This document shows, one piece after another, positions 11,894 through 22,184 of a stretch of DNA of 64,000 nt. The stretch is taken from positions 441,068,001 to 441,132,000 of the forward strand of contig OZ024740.1 in assembly GCA_964016885.1 (NCBI GenBank). The letters are read 5' to 3'. The stretch comes from Eledone cirrhosa (Eukaryota). Under the pieces are notes generated by a model, which was not told the DNA's origin, did no database searches, and was given only the letters and a program-made list of their open reading frames with translations. Made by a program: the position numbers and the translations under genes. Within the stretch, counting starts at the first letter, position 1. Each line of letters opens with the position of its first letter.

Positions 11894-14695
11894 CACAACA
11901 ATAGCAATATACCCAGAAACAACAACAACAGACACGCAGACACAAACAACAATAACACACACGGAGACAACAACAACACACGTCAACAACAGCACACATC
12001 AACAACAACAACACCTCTCACCACCACCACAATCTTAACAAACACACAGACACAGAAAACAAGTAATGACAGTAGCACAGAAATCACAGAAATAAGGGAA
12101 AGTAATAGGATTAAAAGGAAAAGGAGAAAGGAGACTAAGGACAAAGAGAATAACCAAGACGAACACACAGACACACAAAATAGGGTAGATAACAACATTG
12201 AGCTAGTGGATGGAGACAGTAGTAATTATGAGAGACATAGAAACAACCATGAGGCTGTTGGTGGAAATAGAAATAGAAACAACACAACTAACAATAACAA
12301 TAGCACTAGTACACATAAAGCAGCAGCCTGGAACTCTCCGTTTTATAATCCCTCCGATAAATCATTCGACCTGCGACGAGTCCACGCCACGACTTTACCA
12401 TTTAACAAACGCACGCAGTTGCCGTCGCCGGTCGATGAACAAACAGAAGCACAATTTAGTATAGCTAGATCCGAACTTAGAAATATTATAGAACAGTATA
12501 GCAAGAAGCATAATAGAATAGAGGCCCAGCAACTGGGAGAAAAATCTGCAAATGGCTTGCGTAAGCTCATGCAACGCTCACGTAATGGAGAGATAGCATG
12601 CTTTCCAACAGACAAGTCTGTCAGAATGTCGGTTGACAGCCTGCCAAACTACATCCAGGCAATGCAACCCACGTCACTAACACAAGAGAGGTAACACCAC
12701 AGGAGCATGAGGATAGAGAAAAAGCCCTCAATGCCCACATGGTGATGTGGACGAATGTAATGCAGCCCAACAAAGGGACTGCCAACAACTTCCAGGCCTG
12801 GAACAATGATGTGCCGGCGTTGTATGGGCTTCGAAAAGACCATAAAACGGGCTGTGACCCTGTCGCGGGACCACCAACACGGCCAGTCTGTGGAGCTAAC
12901 ATTGCTAGTAACTACAGACTGTCCTACTTCCTCTCCCTGATCATACGCCCCATCATTGAGATGTCCCCAGATGTATGTGACAGCACGGAGGACCTCCTCA
13001 GCAGAATCGGCGTGAGTAACCGATCTGGGGACCTAACAAACTGCATAATAGGCAGTATGGATGTTGTGTCCCTGTATCCATCTATTGACGTGGATTTTGC
13101 TGTGGAGAAATGCGTAGAAATGATCAGCGAGAGCAAGGTTGAGTTCCGTGGGATTGATACCAGTGAGCTGGGACTTCTACTTAAGCTTACCCATAGTAAT
13201 AGTTACCTAGACACTTATGACCTTAGCAACCTGTGCCCTACAAGACCAGCAAGAGGCAGACCACCTACCATTACCTCAATGGCCAAGAAAACCCACACAG
13301 ATAGATGGAACGGGTGGACCAGAGCCATACGGACACCCGAAAACCACGATGAACTGAAGAAAATGATTGCACATGCGGTAGGGGCCAGCATAAAATTAAC
13401 CCTTAAGGAACATATGTTCAAATTTAATGGAAAAACATATGCCCAAGAGGAAGGAGCAGCCATTGGTGTTAGCATTGCAGGCGACATAGCTAACTTATTC
13501 ATGGTATGGTGGGACAGTAGACTTAAACTTAAACTTAAAGAACAATTAGAAGACAGCTTAACCCTGATAATGTACTCCCGCTACGTAGTTAAGACACCCC
13601 CACTAGAGAACAGTCAGGAACTAGAGAAAAACACAATGGAAAGCATCCAGCAAATAGCAAACTCCATCCACCAGAGCATTAGAGTTACTATAGACTACCC
13701 AAGTAGACAACCCAACCATCGATTACCTGTACTAGACACAGAGCTCTGGTTAGATACCATTAACAACCAAAAACAAATCCTCCATTCCCATTATGCCAAA
13801 CCCATGACTTCCAAACATCTGATCCACCGAAACTCGGCCATTTCGGACCATACCAAAATCAACATACTTTATTGCGGATTTGGTACGGGTGATGAGAAAT
13901 GTGTCCCGCATGTGCAACCCTGAAGAACTAGAGAGACACATACAACACTTCATCCACCGTATGCAGTTCTCTGGCTACAATCAGAGAGATAGAATCAGAG
14001 TGTATAGAGGAGCCAGAATCAAATGGGAAAAAATGGTAAATAATGACATAAATGGGACCTGCCCCTTGTATAGGAGCAAATTTTGGAATAGAATAGAAAG
14101 AACTAGGAACAAGGCCAATAGAATAAACTCATGGTATGATAGCAATAAATACCAGAGTGTAATGTTCATCAATACAACCCCTAGAGGCGAACTAGCCTAC
14201 AAATTTAGAAGGGCCCTAAATAAACATAAACTCAATATTAAGATAGTAGAAAGACCAGGTACCTCCGTAAAAACACTTATTAGCAAGACATACCCGTTCC
14301 AAAGACCCTCATGTATAGATAAGAAATGTATAACCTGTAAAATAAGCCCCCATATTAACTGTAAAACTAGAAATGTAGTGTATAGCATAAGATGTACTGA
14401 AGGACAATGTAGAAACAAAAATATAGTGTACATAGGTGAGACAGCTCGTAGTATAGGGGAACGGATAAATGAACACTGGCGAGACCTTCAAGATAATAAA
14501 GAATCATCTGTACTCTACCAACATGCTAAGATAGAACACAAGGGTAAATTAGAGAACATAGAAATAAAAATAGAATCCACACACAGAAAATATGCAATGT
14601 TTAGGCAAATTACAGAGGCAGTAAGCATAAAAGAATTACAACCAAAATTAAATAGAAAATATGAGTGGAACAGCAACATCACAACTTACAATTAA
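11894..14695 (+). pseudogene. PLE polyprotein broken by frameshifts (~12670, ~13870) and loss of the RT catalytic Asp-Asp
   Basis: Three consecutive ORF pieces (to 12694; 12739-13923; 13880-14695). Motifs: PALYGLRKDHK, PTRPVC, GSMDVVSLYPSI, GAAIG, SRYVVK (expected RYVDD), LPVLD, VVYSIRC...YIGET...R..EH. Confidence 0.9.
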
Positions 14696-14899
14696 GGACA
14701 AAATGAAAACACACACACACATAGAACAAACAACCAACCAACAACATGTAAATAAATAAACAAATAGATAAATGAACACAAACACACACAGACACCCGGA
14801 TGTGGCGCATGCGCAAACTGAGCACACAACACACACACAGAAACAAAATGGCGTAGGACAGAAGAAAGGAAAGGCACAGAAACAAAGAAAGGAATCCCC

Positions 14900-14944
14900 A
14901 GTCACTGAAGAGGTCACAGAATGTGTGACGAAAGGACTATGACT
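14900..14944 (+). ncRNA. Minimal hammerhead ribozyme motif in the PLE 3' pLTR
   Basis: Stem I AGTCA/TGACT; CTGAAGA; one extra G; stem II GTCACA/TGTGAC; GAAA; GGAC; TA. Predicted cleavage after 14939. Confidence 0.7.
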
Positions 14945-15152
14945 ATATATAAACAACTATCTGGTTGTGGAACCAACCAACCAACCAGAAATTTATAAGT
15001 TTGTAGATTTGTAAATTTATAAATTTATAAATATATAATAAATTGAAGTGAAAGCAACTGGTGAGTGTGTTTCTTATTGGCAACATGACCCTCCCAATAT
15101 CGGTTTCAACACACGATTTCAGATAAAGAATCTTGCTAAACAAATTCAGAAA

Positions 15153-15204
<52 letters not shown>

Positions 15205-15583
15205 GTAAAAAAAGAAAAAAAAACACTAGAAAATGCTAAAGGGATTTTCTCTCAAAATAACATTTATTTACAAAATACGAATTTCCGCATTTAATTGTAC
15301 CGGTTTCAGTTCGTACGCTTTTCCAGCGACGGAAGTGTATAATGCAATTAAATTGCATATTAATAAGAATAATAAGAATATGGGGGGGGGGAATTAGTTT
15401 TTACATCCATGTTTAGGGAGAAAACTTCACATTTTTTCTGTAGTTTTCTTTCTTTCTCTCTTAGTGTCTTAGTGTTGATCTTAACCTTACCAACAGTGGT
15501 GGTAACAATTTAAGTTGTTGGCTTCGACTGTAGTGGTAGTAGTGGGAGGAGAAGGGGAGGAGAAGAAGAAGCTGGTGATGATG

Positions 15584-16160
15584 ATGAGCCTAGCACTTGC
15601 CACATGTAGGCGAAATGATACATGAGCCTAGCACTCCCCACATGTAGGTAAAATGATAGATGAGCCTAGCACTCCCCACATGTAGGTGAAATGATACATG
15701 AGCCTAGCACTCCCCACATGTAGGTGAAATGATAGATGAACCTAGCACTTCCCACATGTAGGTGAAATGATACATGAGCCTAGCACTCCCCACATGTAGG
15801 TGAAATGATAGATGAACCTAGCACTCCCCCACATGTAGGTGAAATGATACATGAGCCTAGCATTCCCACATGTAGGTGAAATGATACATGAGCCTAGCAC
15901 TCCCCAAATGTAGGTGAAATGATATATGAGCCTAGCATTCCCACATGTAGGTGAAATGATATATGAGCCTAGCATTCCCACATGTAGGTGAAATGATACA
16001 TGAGCCTAGCACTCCCCAAATGTAGGTGAAATGATACATGAGCCTAGCATTCCGACATGTAGGTGAAATGATACATGATCCTAGCATTCCCACATGTAGG
16101 TGAAATGATACATGAGCCTAGCATTCCCACATGTAGGTGAAATGATACATGAGCCTAGAA
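15584..16160. repeat. 37-38-bp minisatellite (ATGAGCCTAGCACTCCCCACATGTAGGTGAAATGATAC)n, about 15 copies
   Basis: Contiguous direct tandem units with no unique spacers. Confidence 0.95.
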
Positions 16161-16380
16161 CTCTCCACACACATGTATGTCTGATGGTGGACCAGCTTAC
16201 TTACCACACCTAATATTCGGAATTGTATTTTGTTGTATCTAATTCAAAAGCAACAAGTATATGTTGAAATAAATACCAGATCTACCTTGGAATATACCAG
16301 TAGATGTTCCTGTAAAACTGGAGGTTATAGTGATGGTGTTAGCGAGCCTAATTACTATAGCCCATTTCACTGTTGTTTTA

Positions 16381-16596
16381 AGGGAGGTTAGCCGAATAGC
16401 TAGAGCACCGAACAAATTGCTTCGTAATATCTGGTTGTGCTTCTTTATGTTCTGAGTTCAAATCCCACCAACACCAAATTTGCCTTTCATTCTTCCGGGT
16501 TTGATAAAATAAAGTACTTCACAGGTACTGAGGTGAATTTAATCAACTTTCTCCCCTCTCCAAAGTTGTACACCTTGTGCCTATCTTAGAAACAAC
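16381..16596 (+). mobile_element. Degenerate tRNA-derived SINE
   Basis: TTCTGAGTTCAAATCCC, TTTGCCTTTCATTC, GATAAAATAAAGTAC and CCTTGTGCCTATCTTAGAAACAA are shared with the other SINE copies. Confidence 0.75.
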
Positions 16597-17430
16597 TATT
16601 GCATTCATAAAGTTCGTCTTTGTTTCATCAATTTGGTGTATTTCCAGTATTTTGATAAGCCAGCTGTGCGAGATAGAATCAAAGAAATTCTTGTAATCGA
16701 TCCAAGCTGTGACTTACTAGGGAAGGATATATTAATGCCGGCACAAATGGCAAGGAACAACGGGGGGGGGGGGGTAGTTTTCTGGTCTAAAAGTCTGTAC
16801 CGCCAGATCAAGTTCTTTAATTCAGTCACAGCTTGTATGATGGTCTGTGGCTAAGGTTTCTGTGAAGAAATATCTGTATGGTAGTTTCTTTCAAGAAATA
16901 TCTGTATATATGGTGCTTTATATATATTTCTTCAAATAAATCACCAGACATATATCTCATCTCAAACCCAAGACACTATATATATATTTGGCCAAAGATA
17001 CGGCCATAACATCTGCTAAAACATCGAAAATATTGTTATATTTGGGGAGGGTGATACTGTCCAAAAATAATAATTAAACACACTCACTGTTTGGTTTCGT
17101 TTTCGCTTCAGTATATTTTTAAAAATTTATAAATAATTTAGCTGGCAATCAATGTTTATCATTTAAACAGTTAAAAATATGAATATAAATATAGTTTCTC
17201 AAAGTTCTTTCATCACACATTTGAGAACTTTGGGAAACTATATTTATATTTATATTTTTAACTGTTGGTCAATCAATGATAAACATGGATTGCCAGCTAA
17301 ATTGTTTATAAAAATATACGAAAGCGAAAGCCAAACTAAAAAGTTTGTGTGTTTTACTATATTTTCACAAGATGAGGACAAGACCCACCCCAAATATAAC
17401 AATATGACTCTCCCCAAATATAATAATATC

Positions 17431-17786
17431 TGAATGTATGTATAGTATATTTGGCAATATACCGTATGTTTAATTAAAAACATTTAGAAGACCTTACGCT
17501 ATCAGTTTTAAAGTAGTGACTATGCCACTGACTTCTTTTCGGCGAAAGAAGGGAGAGCAGCTGACAGTCTGTTTCACGCTCGTTGGCGTTCATCAGAGTC
17601 ACGTACTCACCTGCCTTCGCCGAATTATAGAGAGCGATTGCCGGTCCAGCAAAAATTAGGTATAAGGATTTTCGCAGAAAAGAAGTAAGTGGCATAGTCA
17701 CTACTTTAAAACTGATAGCGTATGGTCTTCTAAATGTTTTTAATTAAACATACGGTATATTGCCAAATATACTATACATACATTCA
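17431..17786. mobile_element. MITE-like / fold-back element with ~117-bp inverted repeats
   Basis: 17431-17547 is the reverse complement of 17670-17786 with about 3 mismatches. The core is 122 bp and GC-richer. No transposase; TSD ambiguous in a TA-rich flank. Confidence 0.7.
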
Positions 17787-18199
17787 TATATACATCGCTA
17801 TTTCAGAGCACCAATCCTAATACATAACAATATCTATTTCAACACACCATTTCATATCAAACACCTTGCAAAACCAATACATCGCCGCTATCTAAGATAT
17901 GTTATAGGAATACAAACTGACGATAGTACTTGAGTGCTACCTCTAGCGACCCCAGGCGTAATTTGAAACCTCAGCGTTAAATGACTCATTTAAATTCCCC
18001 AAAATACTTTGATCAGGTCTGTAGATAGTGACCACGGTGATGTTGGTGACTTCCGTTTACTGCTAGGTAGAGAGTGAAAGTAATCTGGGTTGGCTCTTTA
18101 TACAATACTAATACTGTGTCAGTGTAGGAGCTGTTGACCCATTGATCTGATAATCTGACACAGCTGTGACACTTACTGACCAATCATCTCAATAAAACT

Positions 18200-18433
18200 A
18201 TTGAACACACACTCATACATACATACAAACAAACCTACCAACATACATACACACATATATACATATATAGATACATATATACATATATATATGTATATAT
18301 ATACATATAGATACATATATACATGTATATATGTATATATATACATATATACATATATACATGTATATATGTATATATATAATATATACATATATACATA
18401 CATATATACATATATACATACATATATACATAC
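18200..18433. repeat. (TA)n/(TACA)n microsatellite
   Basis: Direct inspection. Confidence 0.9.
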
Positions 18434-18473
18434 ATGATGGCTGCCCCCTCGTTATCGAGTATGGCCATTGCAC
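18434..18473 (-). mobile_element. 40-bp RTE-type 3' tail abutting the LINE array
   Basis: ATGATGGCTGCCCCCTCGTTATCGAGTATGGCCATTGCAC is the reverse complement of 8708-8747 with 1 mismatch. Confidence 0.7.
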
Positions 18474-18752
18474 GAGGAGAAAAAAAAAAAAAATAATAAT
18501 AATAATAATGTTTTCTTTATTAACCACAAGGGTTTACATAAAGTAGACATTAAGGACAGTACAGGACAATACAGGACGGTACAAATGGGCATTTCTGCGT
18601 GTAAAAAAAACAGAGGATGAAATAAAATAACAAAAAAAATTCCCCAATAGGGGGGAGACTTCCGAGGGACATTTGTGGAGAAAGCCCATTAAAAGACCAC
18701 AGTGACCCTGACCACCAGGGCAAGTGCCCTCTCCCAGTTTTCCACCTTTATT

Positions 18753-21700
18753 TTACAGACACATACTCAGAGTAGGCCCATTCATTCGGGCCATACTTGC
18801 CTCTCTCACCCATCTTTCAACAAAATGCTAGGAAGAGAGCACTTCCCTCTCTACCCTGATTTTCCTTTTCAAATGAAATTTGAAAAAGTTAATCAGGGCA
18901 TCACCGAAGAGGTAAGTGCTCGTCTTCAGCCCTTTCAAACGTGTCCACCATACTATCTCTTTCGCCATGGCCACCAGACAGATAAAAACTGCCTGCCCTT
19001 CCCGGCTAAAGGAGGAAGGCGGGGCGATCCTCACGATGGACTCAGATGATAGCCGGATCCGTCCTAAACGCGACAGCAGGTGTTCGACATAAACCCACAA
19101 GTCAGCAATTTTCGGACACTGGACGAGTGCGTGCAGGACGGTTTCGTCGCCCTGTGCGCATCTCGGACATGTCCGGCTGACGGCACCTCCATGCCTGTAG
19201 AGTTTATCCCGAACTGGCAAGGCTCCTCGGTAGCACTGCCAGGCCAGAGATTTCTGGAAGTTGTCCATAGGCCCCGGCCCGAAAGTTCTTCCGAAGAGAT
19301 TGGCTAGTTGATTTTCGTCGACGCCTAGAGTTTCCCCAAGTACGTCGTCGCTCTTCCCCTCCACTAATCCTCTATAGAACGCCGAGGTGGACTTTCCACC
19401 GATCACATTGCCCGATTGGTCGAGGGCTGTGAGCGCCTGAAGACATTCCAGTCTCCAGGCGCTCCCTCTCGGTCTTCGCTTGACCCAGGACTGCAGCTCC
19501 GTCAAGGAAACGAGCTGGGGAAAAACGCGTCTAGCAAACGGCGACCACACCTGATCACCGTCGAGGAAGAGGTGGAGATGTCGTAGCCTGAGCGCGTGCC
19601 TGCGCATCATCAGCCACGGCATGCCCAGCCCTCCACGTAGCGGGTGTTGACAACAGATGGACCGCCTGACCATCGGAGCACGTCCCTTCCACAAAAAGCG
19701 AAAGAGCAAACGCTCCAGCGCAGTCAGGCGAGACTTAGGACAAGGTACGACGGTTAGGCGGTAGCAGATGACGGACGTGATGTACGCGTTAGCCACCTCC
19801 GCTCGACCTTTCAGGGATAGCTTCCTCTCGGCCCATTTCTGGGTGAGAGAAGCCACCCTGCTCGTCACCTCGTCCCAGTTTTTGTCCGTCTGGAGGTCCG
19901 GACCGAACCAGACCCCTAGCAATTTAACCGGTCCGTATGTCCAGCGCCCGACGACGCTGTTGGACGGCATGGACCTGCCTCTCCAGGTGCCGAGCTGCAG
20001 GACAACTGACTTTTCCTGGTTGATCATTGCTCCTGTCACCGCTTCGTATTCTCTTAGTGTAGTGCCGATCGCCTCAATGTGTTTGGCGTTCGGCACCACT
20101 ACGGTGACATCTTCCGCATCCTAGTTCGCGCGGGACGCCCCTCAACGTCTCCAGTTTGTGCAATAATGGCTCGAGAGTCAATACGTACAAGAGGGACGAG
20201 AGGGGACATCCTTGGCGGACCGAGCGCATGATGTTGAACGGTTCCGACAGGTGACCGTTCACTCTCACCACAGAGCAGATGTCGCTGTGCATAGCAGCGA
20301 TCCAGCCTCTGAAGACGGGCCCAAAGCCAGCCGCCCTCAGGACTGCCGCTAGGTAACGATGGTCGACCCTATCGAAAGCTTTCGACTGATCTAAATTGAT
20401 CAAGGACCCACCCGTGCCAGGTTCCCTAGCTACCCTCTCTACGATGTATCGCATGAGGTGGAGGTTGTCGTGGATGGATCTGTCGGGAATGGCGCATGTC
20501 TGCGCCTCTCCCACCAGACCACCAACGACAAGCGCCAACCTCTTTGCTAGCACCTTGGCCAAAATCTTAAACTCTGTGTTTAGCAGAGTTATGGGCCGGA
20601 AATTTTCTATGTTATCCCCCTTGTTCGGATCCTTTCTCAGCAGTGCCACCGCTCCTCGGCTCACAGAACTGGGAATTCTCCCGTTCTGTTGCCAGTTGCA
20701 GTAGACGTCCACCAAGAGGCCTCCAAACAAGTCTGGCATCTGTACGTAAAGTTCATAGGGCAGACCATCCAAACCAGGCGATTTACCCCTTGTGCAGCCA
20801 GTCATTGCCTCCCTTACTTCAGCGGCTGTTTTCGGCTTTTCGCAACACTTCGCCTCAGTGGCCGAGAGCCGCGGCAGTCCGTCGAGGTAGACACTAAAGT
20901 CCATCCCTCTACCCGGCCCACCGCTGCCCCCGAACAGCTGAGCGAAGTGTCGCTGAAAAGCTTCACACATTTGCCCGGGATCGAGTAGCATGCGCCCGTC
21001 GTGGTCCACCAAAGACCGGATCGTGGCTTTGTTGCCACGACGCGCCTCCGCCACTCGGGCCCATTGAACGGCTTTCGTCCCCTCGTGTCTGAGAGCACGC
21101 ACCCTTGCTCTGACAACGCAGCCTTCGTGCTTTGCATTGAAGAATTGGTCAAGGGCCAATTTCGCCGCAAGCACGTCGGTCGCAATGCCTTTGCTAAGCG
21201 CCTCGTCTAATTTTCTAACTAGTTCTCCCTCTGCTCTATTTTTCTCTATTGCTAAAGCCTTACTAAACCTAATCGATTCTATTCTAATCGCTCTTTTCAG
21301 AGCAAACCACCACTTGTTGTTGACGATGGCCCCCGTCAACGCCCGCTTAACTAGTTCGCTAATCCGGTCTCTGTAGGCCTTGCGCGCTGGTAAGGACGCG
21401 TTTAGCTTCCAGTAGCCGGGTCCTCGTCTATGAAGCCTATCTAAGTCAAGCACACAGATCACGAATTTGTGGTCCGTGTAGCTGACTATCTTGAATTGTG
21501 GACAGCCTATGCTAGACCTATCTATTTCCCTACAAAATACTCTATCTAGATATGATCTGGATGACCCTATGCGGTTTGTCCAAGTCCACATTGGCACATT
21601 CGGGAAATCCAATCGGTACCTGTCAGACAGTTCAAAACGCCTGAGCAGGTTGGTGAGGCTCTTGCACCCTCCACCCCTATCCGCTAATCCCACACAGTCC

Positions 21701-22149
21701 CAGCGTGCATCTAAGATCCCGTTCCAGTCGCCCACTAACACTAAAGAGCGGGACGTTCCAAGAAAGGTCTCCAGACGCCGGAAGAAATCAGGCCGCCCTG
21801 CTCCTGTCGGGGCATAGACGGCCACTAGCCTGAAAGCTTGCCCGTCTCCGCTGGTCACGTCCAGCACCACCAGCTTACCCTCTGGGTCCAGGAAGATGGC
21901 CCGTATGGCGAGATCCAAACCTCTCCGAAAAAGCACAGCAACTCCTCCACCCGATCCAGGACGGCTGGGAGATGCGTACACATCGTAGCCGCTGAAGATC
22001 GGTGCGAAGGCCCGTGCTTCGGAGATTCTGGTCTCGCTGATGGCCACTACATCTATGTTTAGTGACCTGAGGTCGTTGAGCAGGTGACCCTGCTTCCATG
22101 ACGACCCCAAGCCACGCGCATTTATGCTGCCTATTCTGAGTGAGGTCAT
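18753..22149 (-). pseudogene. Unit 1 ORF2 (APE-RT), 23-bp deletion at ~20110 and premature TAG at 18828
   Basis: Split into ORFs 20074-22149 and 18828-20099. The deletion removes the SVSAYAD codons. Span is 3397 bp versus 3420 bp in intact units. Confidence 0.93.
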
Positions 22150-22184
22150 GTTTAAAATAGAGTGGAAAAGATGGGAAAGACCAC

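Larger units (their letters stand above)
11894..15153 (+). mobile_element. Penelope-like retroelement (RT + C-terminal GIY-YIG), 5'-truncated, defective
   Basis: N-terminal region with the IACFPTDKS motif, RT, Cys-rich linker CIDKKCITC, GIY-YIG, 3' UTR with hammerhead and AATAAA, ending in (TA)n. Confidence 0.92.

Noticed and set aside
11747-12694. 315-aa ORF as an independent host gene
   Set aside because: Chimeric frame: it begins in the antisense of the inverted arm and continues into the PLE N-terminal region (PTDKS motif).
15584-16160. 38-bp repeats resembling a CRISPR array
   Set aside because: Units are contiguous with no unique spacers, there are no cas genes, and the context is eukaryotic.
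18480-18493. A-run as the LINE poly(A) tail
   Set aside because: It is on the + strand, so it is poly(T) relative to the minus-strand element.
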